Notes: a model not told the origin generated them from the sequence alone. Shown: positions 29,578 to 41,008, numbered from the stretch's first letter. The stretch: 64,000 nt of DNA from Thermoplasmata archaeon (GCA_021792255.1 JAJYUZ010000001.1:32001-96000); one strand, 5' to 3'. A program made the numbers and translations.

Positions 29578-31224
29578 ATGAAGGCTTTTGATACTGGTTT
29601 CATAAAGGACTTGAAGATTAAAAATAGAATCGTAATGGCTCCCATGATCTCCAATTTGGCCAATGCTGACGGTTCAAACAGTGACAACCTGGTAAGATAT
29701 CTGGAAGAAAGAGCGAGAGGAGGCGCTGGCCTGATAATCACTGAATACACTTACGTAGACAATAGAAATGCAAGAGGCTCACGAAACGAGTTAGGGGCGT
29801 ACAGCTCAAGTCTGGTACCCAAGCTTCGGAGAATTCCGGAAGCTGTACACCCTTATGGTGCGAAGGTCTTTATGCAATTAGTCCACGCAGGAGGAAAGGC
29901 ACTAATAAATGAAAATGCCAGACAGCCATTCGCCCCTTCTCCCGTTGATTTTATCGGGCATACTCCTAAAGAGATGAATGAGGAAGACATCGAAGGTGTG
30001 ATAAAGTCCTTCGAAAGAGCGGCAATAGTGGCCAAACTGTCAAAGTTCGATGGCTTAGAGGTACACGGCGCACACGGGTACCTGATCCATCAATTTCTCT
30101 CTCCCACCCTTAATAAAAGAGAAGACAGATATGGTGGAACTTTCGAGAAGAGATTGACGGTTCCTCAAGCGATCGTAGACGCAGTATTAGCTGTCACCGA
30201 TTTTCCCGTTGGGATAAGACTCAGTCTGTACGAGGACGACCCCAACGGCTGGAATGAGGATTATGGATTAAGAATAATTGAGTCCCTGAGAAATCTAGAC
30301 TATGTACATTTCTCAGCTGGCAATTTTCATCCTCCCGGTTCTTCGGCACCTTTTTATTTCCCCGAAACGCACATCCTTCCTCGTTTGAAGAGAAGACCGA
30401 AGATGACCACAATCCTAGTAGGTTCAGTAGTGAATCTTGCCGGGGTAGAGAGAGTTTTGAAATCCGTCGATTTTGTCTCGGTAGGAAGAGGAATGCTTGC
30501 TGATCCCTATTTTGCTTATAAGTTGCAAAACAAGCCAGAGTTGCTAAGGCCTTGCATAAGATGCAACCAGGCATGCCGGGAACTGTCCTACGGAGAGGTT
30601 AGGTGCACCGTCAATGCAAGCGTAGGCCGAGAACAAAATGAAGAAAAAAAATTGAAAGGAGAAATCGAAATTATTGGGGCAGGGATCCAGGGTCTGGAAG
30701 CTTCCCTTTATGCGGCCAAACTGGGTCTAAAAGTGACTATCTACGAAAAGGAAGACAAGATAGGAGGGCAGTTCAACAAGATTTACGATACCTACAAAAA
30801 AAGTGCATTTTCCCCTCTTTTGCGCTATTACGAGAAAGCTCTAACATTCTTCAATGTCTCGATAAACACCGATTCGAAGTACAAAGGCAAAGGAATATAC
30901 TGTCTTCCACCAGTTATTTATCAAGAGCCACCAGAGAGCGGTGAGCAATTTGAAAGCAACATCTACGCGAATCAGGATTGGTTCCTAAGAATTGCGGAGG
31001 AAAAAAAGATAAAGGTCGGAAAAGACAGCCTGAATAATCTGGACAGGGGGAGGAGAATGGGTTATGTCGCTGCAGCAGAAGCGAAAGGGATAGAATTTGT
31101 CGATAGCGGCGAGTACGACTTTAGGCTAATGGTCAACGATCAGTATGACACACTCAGTGCCATCAATTTAGGAATAGGCAAAGTGAAGCAATTCGTCATT
31201 GAGAGAGAAAATGAATTCATTTGA
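29578..31224 (+). CDS. NADH:flavin oxidoreductase (Old Yellow Enzyme domain, Fe-S cluster, short FAD-binding domain)
   Basis: KNRIVMAPM, QLVHAG, EVHGAHGYLIHQFLSP, CIRCNQAC-x8-C, IIGAGIQG. Start placed at ATG 29578. Confidence 0.9.
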   Translation: MKAFDTGFIKDLKIKNRIVMAPMISNLANADGSNSDNLVRYLEERARGGAGLIITEYTYVDNRNARGSRNELGAYSSSLVPKLRRIPEAVHPYGAKVFMQLVHAGGKALINENARQPFAPSPVDFIGHTPKEMNEEDIEGVIKSFERAAIVAKLSKFDGLEVHGAHGYLIHQFLSPTLNKREDRYGGTFEKRLTVPQAIVDAVLAVTDFPVGIRLSLYEDDPNGWNEDYGLRIIESLRNLDYVHFSAGNFHPPGSSAPFYFPETHILPRLKRRPKMTTILVGSVVNLAGVERVLKSVDFVSVGRGMLADPYFAYKLQNKPELLRPCIRCNQACRELSYGEVRCTVNASVGREQNEEKKLKGEIEIIGAGIQGLEASLYAAKLGLKVTIYEKEDKIGGQFNKIYDTYKKSAFSPLLRYYEKALTFFNVSINTDSKYKGKGIYCLPPVIYQEPPESGEQFESNIYANQDWFLRIAEEKKIKVGKDSLNNLDRGRRMGYVAAAEAKGIEFVDSGEYDFRLMVNDQYDTLSAINLGIGKVKQFVIERENEFI

Positions 31225-31299
31225 AGAGAGAGCACAGCACTCAGTTTAATGGGATGATCCTCTAGAAACATATATCGTTTAGATAGACATCAGAAAACT

Positions 31300-31476
31300 A
31301 TGAACCATCGAGTGTGCCCACAATGTGGCTCAGAACACATAGATTTCGAAACTGGTTATATTACAGGAAAATACAGATGTTTGGATTGCGGGTACGTCGG
31401 AAGCGTAATCTTCGAGTTCGATGACACGAATTACGATAGATTTCTGAAACAACTGAGGGGGGAAGAAGATAAGTGA
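31300..31476 (+). CDS. 58-aa C4 zinc-ribbon microprotein (not in ORF track)
   Basis: MNHRVCPQCGSEHIDFETGYITGKYRCLDCGYVGSVIFEFDDTNYDRFLKQLRGEEDK*. Confidence 0.85.
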   Translation: MNHRVCPQCGSEHIDFETGYITGKYRCLDCGYVGSVIFEFDDTNYDRFLKQLRGEEDK

Positions 31477-31581
31477 TCTATTTTTTCACGCGAAAAGAAT
31501 CTCAAGGTTACTTCTGAGAGCCCAGAAATCACCTGAAAAGATATTACCGATCAAGCATTAAGAGGACGTTAGTGAGACGGC

Positions 31582-32286
31582 TTGGGCAGAACTGGACCAA
31601 CTGAGAGAGACAAATTGATTGCAATCGGGATAGGTACTGCATTCATGGTCATCGCGCTGATACCGCAGCTCATCACGCAAGAGATACCATCTATCATCGT
31701 GATCATAAAATATGGACTGGTGAAAGTGGTATCGATAATGTCCGGTTTTGAACTCTCAAATCCTATTATCTGGGCTCTTTTTGTGGGAGGAACTGCAGCG
31801 GTCTACCAGGAGACGATGAAATATTTTTCTGTCAACACTCAAGGTAGGTATCTTGCCATATGGATCGGCCTCGGATTCTCTCTGGTGGACATTGCAATAC
31901 TGTTGTTTGAGGGGGGAATCCTACCAATGATGATAATCGGGGTCTCCAAATTTGTTACGACTCTTACAACGACCACCGTAGTGTTAATTGCGCTAAACGC
32001 GATCTCTTCTTTACTCTTTCACCCGGGCACTGCCCTTATTTTGAAATACGGTAGAACGGTCAAGAAGGGCATATATTTTCTATTGTTCACCATACTTCTC
32101 CACGGAATCGAGGACGGAGGAGTAGTATATACCGATATTTACGTAATCACTCATCCCGGTCAGTATCTCTTTGCAATTGCAGTATTCTGGAGCGTCGCAA
32201 TTGTCGTCTCTCTCTTCGCCTTCGTAATGGCAATGAGTCTCAGAACAAAATTGTACTCGGAGAGAGTTGAAGAGAATCTAATATAA
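31582..32286 (+). CDS. Membrane protein, PrsW/YhfC-like intramembrane protease superfamily
   Basis: Multi-TM; QETMK (EExxK-like), GLGFSLVD, FH and LHGIED motifs. Confidence 0.6.
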   Translation: MGRTGPTERDKLIAIGIGTAFMVIALIPQLITQEIPSIIVIIKYGLVKVVSIMSGFELSNPIIWALFVGGTAAVYQETMKYFSVNTQGRYLAIWIGLGFSLVDIAILLFEGGILPMMIIGVSKFVTTLTTTTVVLIALNAISSLLFHPGTALILKYGRTVKKGIYFLLFTILLHGIEDGGVVYTDIYVITHPGQYLFAIAVFWSVAIVVSLFAFVMAMSLRTKLYSERVEENLI

Positions 32287-32410
32287 ATCAGAGTCTCGAC
32301 TTCAACTTGATCTAGTTCTTTGTTTTGACATTAGATTCGAGGACACATTTTTATAATAATATTGTCTACTAAAGCTGCATACAGAATAGTGTGCAAAGGA
32401 GAGGACTAAA

Positions 32411-32899
32411 TTGCCGTTTGCTTCAAACAAAGAGGAACGAATTCACCAACTGGAAAGACAGCTTTCCGATCTGAGAATGACCAGTTCGTACGGGAGTAAC
32501 TGTGAGACGATAGCGCGAGTTCAGCTCCAATTGACTCAGCTTTATGCAGATACAGGTAACAAGATACTCTCTGACCAAATGCTAGATGAGGCACATAAGA
32601 CACTACAGGATCCACTCTGCGTCAAAACGAAGGCTACTGATCAGATGCAAAGGAACGTCGAATATTACAAGAGTCACCCGGGAATGTTAAACCTACAATC
32701 TATGCCGACGATATACAGATATCTCTCGCTGATTGTTCTACTTGTCGGATATATGGTCCTTTACGCTATGTACTATCTCTATCACGCGTTTTTCGTTTAC
32801 AACGATTTTTTGATAGGTATCCTGATAGTATTCATGGTGAGCATAGGCCTAAATTTTGCAGTAAGGAATATGTACATGAAGAAAGCTTCCAGAATGTAG
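32411..32899 (+). CDS. Hypothetical protein with two C-terminal TM helices
   Basis: GGAGAGG upstream; helical soluble N-terminus and two hydrophobic segments. Confidence 0.65.
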   Translation: MPFASNKEERIHQLERQLSDLRMTSSYGSNCETIARVQLQLTQLYADTGNKILSDQMLDEAHKTLQDPLCVKTKATDQMQRNVEYYKSHPGMLNLQSMPTIYRYLSLIVLLVGYMVLYAMYYLYHAFFVYNDFLIGILIVFMVSIGLNFAVRNMYMKKASRM

Positions 32900-32934
32900 A
32901 GTAGCACTTTCTTTTGCTGATCTATTTTCGTGCT

Positions 32935-33900
32935 TCAAGCATCCTTTGGGTGCCAGACTATTCCAGAACATGCTGACTCCCGAGATTTGAGATGGATATT
33001 GGTCGACAAGAGTGCGTCTTGAGGTCCAGCGATTAACCTGCAGTTGCCTATGAAATCCTTTATTTCGTCAAGATACATGTCGATCCTATCGTCGTATTCC
33101 TTCGTCAGTTCATCATTAATATACAGACTGGACGAAACCGTCGTTGAATAAAAATTCGTGACCGTTAAAACGCCTTCTTCTCCAAAAATTTTGAGATCGT
33201 TCGAATTGGAGGGAATGACTCTTGATGAAAGTGAGTTCGCGATGACTCCATTTTCAAATTCCATGGATACCTGCATCGTGTCGTCTAATACCGAGCATCT
33301 TGGAAGACTGAATGCACTCATCGATCTAACGTCCCTACCAAACAAATTTACAAAACTGTCAAAAATGTGGACTCCCAATCCAACGACAGAGCCTCCTCCC
33401 GATCTGTCCGGTTGTCCTCGCCATATGGAACTGTCGTACGGTGCACTATTTCTTGTCCATTTTCCGAATGCGATCTTTGGTTCACCAATTTGTTTCAGAG
33501 CAAGAATCTTCTTTACTTCCTCAACGGCCGGATGGAATCTAAGGTGAAATCCAACGCGAAAATTCAGATTCTCTTTCTCAGAAAAATTGACTAGCGTTTC
33601 TGTATCTTCAACCTTCAAAGTTACGGGCTTTTCCAGTAAGACCGATTTACCTGCTTCCAGACACATCTTGGCGTGATTGAAATGGAGAAAGTTTGGAGAA
33701 GATATGTAGACCGCTTCGAAGGATCCTTTCACAAAACTCTCCAGGTCTGGTAGGTATTCGGCGCCAATATCCTTCGAAACCCTTTCTCCCTTGGAACGAT
33801 CCGTTGAATAAATATGGGTGATTCTAGATCCAGACGCAATTATTGCAGGTATAACCTTCGTCATGGCGTGATTTCCTAGAGAAATGATCCCAAAATCCAC
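32935..33900 (-). CDS. Gfo/Idh/MocA family oxidoreductase
   Basis: AVYISSPNFLH, VLLEKP, VGFHLRFHP, GGGSVVGLGVH..D. Confidence 0.9.
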   Translation of the reverse strand: MDFGIISLGNHAMTKVIPAIIASGSRITHIYSTDRSKGERVSKDIGAEYLPDLESFVKGSFEAVYISSPNFLHFNHAKMCLEAGKSVLLEKPVTLKVEDTETLVNFSEKENLNFRVGFHLRFHPAVEEVKKILALKQIGEPKIAFGKWTRNSAPYDSSIWRGQPDRSGGGSVVGLGVHIFDSFVNLFGRDVRSMSAFSLPRCSVLDDTMQVSMEFENGVIANSLSSRVIPSNSNDLKIFGEEGVLTVTNFYSTTVSSSLYINDELTKEYDDRIDMYLDEIKDFIGNCRLIAGPQDALLSTNIHLKSRESACSGIVWHPKDA

Positions 33901-33980
33901 AAATCACTTATAAATTATAAAATAAATCATTTCCTCAATGAAATCGAGAAAGGTTAGTCAAAATTGTGATGGAATCGCGA

Positions 33981-34054
33981 CGGGCCCAGTGGGAATCGAA
34001 CCCACGACCACCTGGTTAAAAGCCAGATGCTCTACCGAGCTGAGCTACGGGCCC
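33981..34054 (-). tRNA. tRNA-Lys(UUU)
   Basis: GGGCCCGTAGCTCAG...TCTGGCT-TTT-AACCAGG...GGTTCGATTCC..TGGGCCCG; no intron, no encoded CCA. Confidence 0.96.
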
Positions 34055-34091
34055 CAGGCGGTATGAATTAAAAAAATATAAATATTATTGG

Positions 34092-35042
34092 TCAGACTTC
34101 GACATTTATTCCGAGTTTTTCTGTGAGTTCCTTGTACCGATTCCTGATTGTGACCTCTGTGACTCCAGCTACTTCAGCTACTTCTCTTTGGGTCCTTCTC
34201 TCGTTCAAGGAAATGCTTGCAATATAGATTGCCGCAGCCGCTACTCCGGTAGGTCCCCTCCCAGAAGTCAGGTCCCTATTTTCTGCGAGCTTCAGGATCT
34301 CCATCGCTTTTTTCTTTGCCTCGTTAGATAGTCTCAGTCTATTGCAGAATCTGTTTATGTAGTCCTCTGGACGCGATGGGAAAATACCTAGCTGTAGAAT
34401 TCTGCTCATCATCCTGTAAGTTCTTCCTATCTCTTTCTTCTTGATTCTGGTTACAGACGCAATCTCTTCTAGCGTCCTCGGGACACCCATCTGTCTGCAG
34501 GCGCCATAGATTGACCCTGCCACGACACCTTCTATGGATCTTCCTCTTATCATGTTCTCTTTTACTGCCCTTCTGTAGATGACGGCTGCCGTCTCCCTGA
34601 CATCCTTTGGCAGGCTAAGATTTGATGCCATCCTTTCCAGCTCTTGAAGTGCCTGGGCAAGATTTCTTTCTGCAGCATTTGAAACTTTTATTCTTCTCTG
34701 CCACTTCCTCAGCCTGTAGAGCTGAGCTCTACTCTTGGTCGGAATACTCTTTCCGTAAGAATCCTTGTTCTTCCAGGAAATTTCGGTACTCAATCCCTTA
34801 TCGTGAATAGTATAAGTCATTGGCGCTCCGGTCCTTGCTCTCGCCTCGGACTGTTCGGAATCGAAAGCTCTCCAATCTGGTCCCTGATCTATGAAACTGT
34901 CATCTATGACAAGACCACAGTCTTGACAAACGAGTTCCCCTCGATCATAGTCCCTCACTAGGTGGGTAGAACCACACTCGGGACACTTGGTCACTTCTTC
35001 GAAAAGGTCTCTCTTATTCTTCTTCCTCTCTTCTTCAACCAT
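34092..35042 (-). CDS. tfb: Transcription initiation factor B
   Basis: [20 protein letters not shown] Zn ribbon, GPDWRAF, two cyclin repeats, [13 protein letters not shown]. Confidence 0.97.
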   Translation of the reverse strand: MVEEERKKNKRDLFEEVTKCPECGSTHLVRDYDRGELVCQDCGLVIDDSFIDQGPDWRAFDSEQSEARARTGAPMTYTIHDKGLSTEISWKNKDSYGKSIPTKSRAQLYRLRKWQRRIKVSNAAERNLAQALQELERMASNLSLPKDVRETAAVIYRRAVKENMIRGRSIEGVVAGSIYGACRQMGVPRTLEEIASVTRIKKKEIGRTYRMMSRILQLGIFPSRPEDYINRFCNRLRLSNEAKKKAMEILKLAENRDLTSGRGPTGVAAAAIYIASISLNERRTQREVAEVAGVTEVTIRNRYKELTEKLGINVEV

Positions 35043-35046
35043 TCTT

Positions 35047-35262
35047 TCACCTCACATATATTTCCTTTGCCATAACTCCCTTTGAATCTATTGCGGCATA
35101 CGGTGCTTTGACAGGGCCAAACAATCTCGCTATTTTTCCCAGCGGTTTACCCTCCTTTCCAAAGACTTTTGTTGATAACTGAACCTCCCTGTTCAACTTG
35201 GCTATCAGCTTTCCCTCCCTCACTCCTAAAACAGTACCTACTTTCTTGAGAGAATTAGGCAT
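35047..35262 (-). CDS. gar1: H/ACA RNP protein Gar1
   Basis: [15 protein letters not shown] motif; conserved position upstream of tfb. Confidence 0.88.
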   Translation of the reverse strand: MPNSLKKVGTVLGVREGKLIAKLNREVQLSTKVFGKEGKPLGKIARLFGPVKAPYAAIDSKGVMAKEIYVR

Positions 35263-35292
35263 AGGCCACTAGTATACCTTTTTAGTATTTAA

Positions 35293-36924
35293 TCATTTCG
35301 CAAATTTTTCCTGTTCTATAAAACCCTTTCTGCGAACATTATTATATTTCGAAGCGGCCAGCACCAGACCTTCGTGCAGAATCGATGGTTTTTCCGGTCT
35401 GCTCTTAAATTCTGCGTGGAACTGTGAGCCCATGAAAAATGGATGGTCCTTCAATTCTAAAATTTCCATCCTCACTCCACTTTCGTCCGTTGCTGAGAAC
35501 AGCATACCACTTTTTTCAATTTCCTTAATAAACTTTGGATTCACTTCGTATCTGTGCCTGTGTCTTTCTAGAACTTCGTGCTGCCCATAAAGGTCAAAGG
35601 CTCTGGTCCCATCCTTGACAATGAGCTTTAGGTCCCCAAGTCTCATTGTCCCTCCCATCTCGCTCAATCCAACTTGCTCTGGCAGGAGATCTATGACAGG
35701 GAATTTGGTTCCTGGATTAAATTCGGTAGAGTTTGCTCCTTCCAGACCTAATACATTCCTTGCAAACTCGACAACCGACAACTGAAATCCCAGACAGATT
35801 CCTAGGAGCGGGACTCCATTCTCTCTAGCAAATTTAATTGCCTTAATCTTTCCTTCCGTACCTCTCGGTCCAAAGCCTCCAGGGATGAGAATGCCATCAA
35901 CTTCCCTGAGCATTTCCTCTTCCCGTTCTTCGCTATCGGAGTTAATCCATTTTATCTTGATTCCTATTCCTGTCTTTCCCGTCACGTGCATAAAAGTGTG
36001 CTCGTGCGAGATATATGAGTCCTTCAGATTGACGTACTTTCCGACCACTCCTATGGTGACGAATTGGGAGGGGTTCTTGATATTCTCGACAACGCCTTTC
36101 CAGAAGTCCATGTTCGATTCGTTGGTCTTCAGTCCGATCTTGTCTAGCATGTAATTTGGCAGGACGGTCTCGTTAAGCACCAAAGGCATCGAGAAAATAT
36201 CTCCAACATCCGGAATTCCAATGACAGCTTTCTCATCAACCTGTGTGAACAGGGCAATTTTTTCCCTGAGCTCTCTATCCAATTCTATTTCGCTTCTTGC
36301 GATAATCGCATCAGGTTGGATACCAATAGATCTTAGTTCCTTTACGCTGTGCTGTGTCGGTTTAGTCTTTGGTTCTCCGACGCTTCTTAGGGTGGGAACG
36401 TAAGTAACGTGAATGAAGAATATCTTTCCGTCCTCCTCAAGTCTCATTTGCCTGAGGGCTTCTAAGAAGGGCATAGACTCTATATCTCCAACCACCCCCC
36501 CTACCTCTATCAACACAATATCGGCACCGTCTTCTACGCCTATCGTCCTGATTCTCTTTTTGATCTCGTCGGTTATGTGTGGTATGATCTGCACGGTGCT
36601 TCCGAGGAAGTCACCTCTCCTCTCTTTTTCAATGACCCATTTGTATATCTTTCCAGTCGTGAGATTGTTTCCACTCTTGAGGTCCCTGCTTAGGAACCTC
36701 TCGTAGTTCCCCAGATCTAGATCAGTTTCAGTTCCATCGCTCAGTACGAATACTTCCCCGTGTTGATAAGGATTCATCGTCCCTGCATCGTAATTGATGT
36801 ATGGGTCGATCTTGACAATATCGACTTTGTAATTTCTTTCCTTTAGAATGTAGGCCAATGAAGAGGTGATTGTTCCTTTTCCAATACCAGAAATTACTCC
36901 TCCAGTAATCGCTACAAAACGCAT
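35293..36924 (-). CDS. pyrG: CTP synthase
   Basis: TGGVISGIGKG, KIDPY, HGEVFV, KTKPTQHS, GICLG, RHRHRYE, QFHAE. Start placed at ATG 36924. Confidence 0.97.
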   Translation of the reverse strand: MRFVAITGGVISGIGKGTITSSLAYILKERNYKVDIVKIDPYINYDAGTMNPYQHGEVFVLSDGTETDLDLGNYERFLSRDLKSGNNLTTGKIYKWVIEKERRGDFLGSTVQIIPHITDEIKKRIRTIGVEDGADIVLIEVGGVVGDIESMPFLEALRQMRLEEDGKIFFIHVTYVPTLRSVGEPKTKPTQHSVKELRSIGIQPDAIIARSEIELDRELREKIALFTQVDEKAVIGIPDVGDIFSMPLVLNETVLPNYMLDKIGLKTNESNMDFWKGVVENIKNPSQFVTIGVVGKYVNLKDSYISHEHTFMHVTGKTGIGIKIKWINSDSEEREEEMLREVDGILIPGGFGPRGTEGKIKAIKFARENGVPLLGICLGFQLSVVEFARNVLGLEGANSTEFNPGTKFPVIDLLPEQVGLSEMGGTMRLGDLKLIVKDGTRAFDLYGQHEVLERHRHRYEVNPKFIKEIEKSGMLFSATDESGVRMEILELKDHPFFMGSQFHAEFKSRPEKPSILHEGLVLAASKYNNVRRKGFIEQEKFAK

Positions 36925-37060
36925 ATCTCTTATTTCCAAGCTGATATTAATCTTTTGTGAAAGGTCACAGAAGAGGCCCAAACAATTTCTTCTGGAAGGT
37001 TAATAGCAGTGGGAATCAAATTCCAAAAAAGTATATTTGAAATGATATCATGATAAATCA

Positions 37061-39379
37061 ATGGAAGACGAGATTAGGGTAATCACCTCCTCATATTTCA
37101 GCGAAAATGGATCACCTATAATAGAAATCTTTGGAAGGAATAGGAACGGCGAGTCCGTTGTTCTCCTCTATAAAAAATTCTTGCCCTATTTCTTTGTCAT
37201 CGAACCAACGGAGGATGAAACGAGGCGACTGAAAGTAGTAGAGGAAATGGTCAGTGTAGAAGAGAAAGAGCTTTGGTTCAAAGGGAAAATAAGGAGAGCA
37301 GTCAAGTTTACTTGTAAATCCCCATGGAGAGTCCCGGAGTTCAGAAAGTATGTTTCAGACTCCAATAGGGTACTGGCCGCTGATATCCCCTTTCACTTCA
37401 GGTTTTTTTACGATTTCGACCTCGGCAGTTGTGTCCGATTCAAGGGGGAAGAAATAAAGAATGACAAGTTCACGGTTGACCACGTTGTCATAGCCGAAAG
37501 TGTTGAGAGAACAACAGACTTCTTGCCACCTCTGAAGGTACTCAGCTTTGATATTGAAAATAGCATAAAGACCCAGCATTTATTCGTCATCGGATACACT
37601 ATCAGTTTCAGGGGGAATTACACTGACGGTTCAATATATGGCGAACCGATAGATATTCTGGACAGATTCATCCAGCTTGTGAGAAAGGAAGATCCTGACA
37701 TTATCACTGGCTATAACATAGATGGTTATGATCTCCCTTTTTTGAAGAATTTAGCAGACAAAGAAAAAATTGTCATGAACCTGGCAAGAGACATGAGTCC
37801 ACCTCAGAGGATACAGGATCAGTTCTGGAGGATTCACGGCAGAGTCGTAGCTGACGCTTGGTGGAATGTGAAGAGGGAAATTCATCCCAAGCAGGAAACT
37901 CTTGCCTACGTCTCGCAGGAACTTCTGGGAGAGGCAAAGGGAGATGTGGACAGGCTGAACATAGACCAGGAATGGCAGAAAGATCGCGAAAGAGTAATAA
38001 AATATTGCATCAAAGATTCGTACCTTGCACTGAAAATTCTTGAAAAGATAGATGTTATCGAAAAATACGAAAACATGAGCACCGTTTCCATGATCCCTCT
38101 AGATGACGTCTGGAACTCCGGGAACTCTACACTAATCGATTCTCTGGTAATCAGGGAGGCGGACAGAAGAAGTATCGCAGTCCCGATGAACAATTTTGTC
38201 ACACAGAACTCAGAGAGAATAGAGGGAGGCTATGTTCACTCGATTGAGGCCGGTCTCTATGATATGGTAGCTGTGATGGACTTCAAGAGCATGTACCCGA
38301 GTCTCATGATAAAGTACAACATATGCTTCACGACGATGTCACCGGAAGGCGAAATAGTTTCTCCTAACGGTACTAGATTTCTCTCCAGACAAGTCAGGAG
38401 GGGGCTGATACCAGAACTGTTGGAAATGCTGATGAAAACCAGAGACAGTTACAAGGATATGATGAAGAGAGAAGTAGATGCTGATAAGAAAAGGTACCTA
38501 GATAGCATGCAGAGTCAGGTCAAGATACTGATGAACTCTTTCTATGGCGTATTTGCATCCAGTTTCTACAGGTTCACTGATCAGAGCATTGGATCGAGTA
38601 TCACCGCTTTTGCCAGGGATGCAATCAAGGGGATCATCAACGATTTTACCTCTAGTGGTATACAGGTCGTCTATGGAGATACTGATTCAGTATTCATAAA
38701 GACGGGTAAGGCGACGGTAGACGAAGCCCTGCAGTTGTCAAACAAGCTGAAAGAGGAGACATCAAACAAGCTGGGTATCGTTATTGAAGTCGAACGGGTC
38801 CTGGATCCACTGTTTTCGCACGGGGCAAAAAAGAGATACGCAGGGAAGGTAGTCTTCCCGAAACAGGATGCAGGAAACATAGTCGTAAGGGGGTACGAGA
38901 TAAGGAGAACAGATTCATTCGATTTGCAGTCTGACGCGCTGATGGAAATATTCCACCACATACTCGATCGAGACGTCAATGGGGCACTCAGGAGAGCCAA
39001 GGAGATAATATCCGATGTGAAAGAGGGGAGAGTGGAAAACGACAAACTCGTCATTTCACGTTCGGTTAAGGAGTTCGAATTCTACAAAGAAATGGACTCG
39101 CTTGCTAACGTTCAGGCGGCTCAGAAAATGATAAAGATGGGGAGAGAGTTCGTTCCCGGAATGAAGGTTTCGTGGATAGTGGTCGACAGCAAGAAGAGGC
39201 CACAAATTGTTGAACCGTATATTCCAAACGTGACGTTCCAATTCAAGCCGGATTACGATTATTATGCGGACCGAGTTGCCCAGACTCTTTCAAGGATAAC
39301 CGAAGTATTCAATGTAGATGAGTCTTCCCTGAGGACTGCTGACGTAAGAAGGAAAAGCACCTTGGAGGACTTCTTTTGA
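37061..39379 (+). CDS. polB: Family B DNA polymerase
   Basis: Exo motifs FDIE, YNIDGYD, YCIKD; polymerase motifs DFKSMYPS, KILMNSFYG, YGDTDS, KKRY; C-terminal PIP-like STLEDFF; no intein. Confidence 0.96.
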   Translation: MEDEIRVITSSYFSENGSPIIEIFGRNRNGESVVLLYKKFLPYFFVIEPTEDETRRLKVVEEMVSVEEKELWFKGKIRRAVKFTCKSPWRVPEFRKYVSDSNRVLAADIPFHFRFFYDFDLGSCVRFKGEEIKNDKFTVDHVVIAESVERTTDFLPPLKVLSFDIENSIKTQHLFVIGYTISFRGNYTDGSIYGEPIDILDRFIQLVRKEDPDIITGYNIDGYDLPFLKNLADKEKIVMNLARDMSPPQRIQDQFWRIHGRVVADAWWNVKREIHPKQETLAYVSQELLGEAKGDVDRLNIDQEWQKDRERVIKYCIKDSYLALKILEKIDVIEKYENMSTVSMIPLDDVWNSGNSTLIDSLVIREADRRSIAVPMNNFVTQNSERIEGGYVHSIEAGLYDMVAVMDFKSMYPSLMIKYNICFTTMSPEGEIVSPNGTRFLSRQVRRGLIPELLEMLMKTRDSYKDMMKREVDADKKRYLDSMQSQVKILMNSFYGVFASSFYRFTDQSIGSSITAFARDAIKGIINDFTSSGIQVVYGDTDSVFIKTGKATVDEALQLSNKLKEETSNKLGIVIEVERVLDPLFSHGAKKRYAGKVVFPKQDAGNIVVRGYEIRRTDSFDLQSDALMEIFHHILDRDVNGALRRAKEIISDVKEGRVENDKLVISRSVKEFEFYKEMDSLANVQAAQKMIKMGREFVPGMKVSWIVVDSKKRPQIVEPYIPNVTFQFKPDYDYYADRVAQTLSRITEVFNVDESSLRTADVRRKSTLEDFF

Positions 39380-39416
39380 AGGGCAAAATATTATTTATTC
39401 TTAGTGTAAATAAACA

Positions 39417-41008
39417 ATGTGCCTCACTATCCCGATACTGATGAAGTCGATCGGTCACATTTCTATTCTGCTCCTGGCCTGAGAATTGTGAGCAGCGACT
39501 CAGAATTAGAGACAATAGAGTCGTACTCCATCAATAGGTTTGACAAGGTGAAAATACTCCGAGACCTCAAATCGGGGAGAATGCTCTATTTTGTCACTTC
39601 ACCAGGCATTAGCGAAGACGAGACAAGGACTCTTGGAAACATCAAGAAGTCTTTCACTAAATCATTAAAAGATGAACCAGACATACTGCCTTACGTGGAC
39701 AGGAAGAAGTACCTGAATGAACGAGTCTCTTCGTACATTCTGGAAAATCACTTGAGTTACGACGAAGACACCTTGAATTACCTACAACACATCGTCCAAA
39801 GAGATTATCTAGGCTACGGAAAGATAGACGCGATTATGAATGACGCAAACGTCGAGGACATATCGTGTGATGGCGCTGGAATTCCAATTTATGTCTACCA
39901 TAAGAAATACCGAAATCTCAGAACCAATTTGACCTTTGAAGATGACAGAGAGCTGAATAATTTCATAGTTCTTCTTTCCCAGAAGGGAAATAAACAGATA
40001 TCTGTTTCCGACCCTATCCTCGATGCATCGACCCCCGAAGGTAACAGAATCAACGCGACGTTTGGGAAAGAGGTCACTGCAAAGGGAGGAACGTTCACAA
40101 TTCGTCTCTTCAAGAAAGTACCCTTGACGCCAGTCGACCTAGTCTTGCTCAAAACTGCCAGTCCCGAACTGATGGCTTATTTGTGGATGGCAACAGAGAG
40201 CGGCAAGAATCTGATTGTTCTGGGAGGAACGGGGGTGGGTAAAACGTCGACTCTAAACGCGGTCTCTATATTCCTTCCTTCTAATTCCAAGATAGTCAGC
40301 ATCGAGGACACAAGTGAGATAAACATACCTCACAAAAATTGGATTTCTGCGATCACCAGAAGTGGGGTGGGCGAAGGAAGGTTCGTCACTGGCAGGTCTG
40401 CCGGAGAGATTGATATGTTTGATCTGCTAATGAGTGCACTCAGACAACGCCCAGATTACATGATTGTGGGAGAGATCAGAGGAAAGGAGGCGTACAACCT
40501 GTTTCAGGCTATGTCTATGGGCCAGACAACTCTGACAACCATGCACGCGGAATCTATTGATAACATGATTACGAGACTGGAAAATCATCCACTAAACATT
40601 CCGAGAACGATGTTTACCTCTATAAACTGCGTCGTGTTGCAATCACAGGTCAAGATCAATGGACGACTTGAAAGAAGAATTACAGAAGTATCTGAGATTG
40701 TTAGGCTAGATCCAGAATCTAATGAACTGACCTTTAACACTATTTTTTACTGGGATTCATCCAGCGACAAAATTGTGTTTTCGGGTAAATCAGAAATACT
40801 TACTGAAAAGATTGAAAGCAATGGTCCAGACCAGGAAGAATACAAAGAGTTTAACAGTAGAACAAAACTCATAAAATATCTATCAGAAATGAAAGTCACG
40901 GACTACAAAGAGATGTGGAACTACCTTAGGAAGTATTCGAAAGACCCAACAGGACTTTATTCTGAGATAGAAAGCGCAGTCGAGGAAAGGAGGAAGTCTG
41001 GTGAGTAA
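39417..41008 (+). CDS. Type IV pilus/archaellum-family assembly ATPase (copy 1)
   Basis: EDISCDG, Walker A GGTGVGKT, SIED, RQRPDYMIVGEIRG, TTMHA. The track start is GTG 39419; the exact start is uncertain. Confidence 0.9.
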
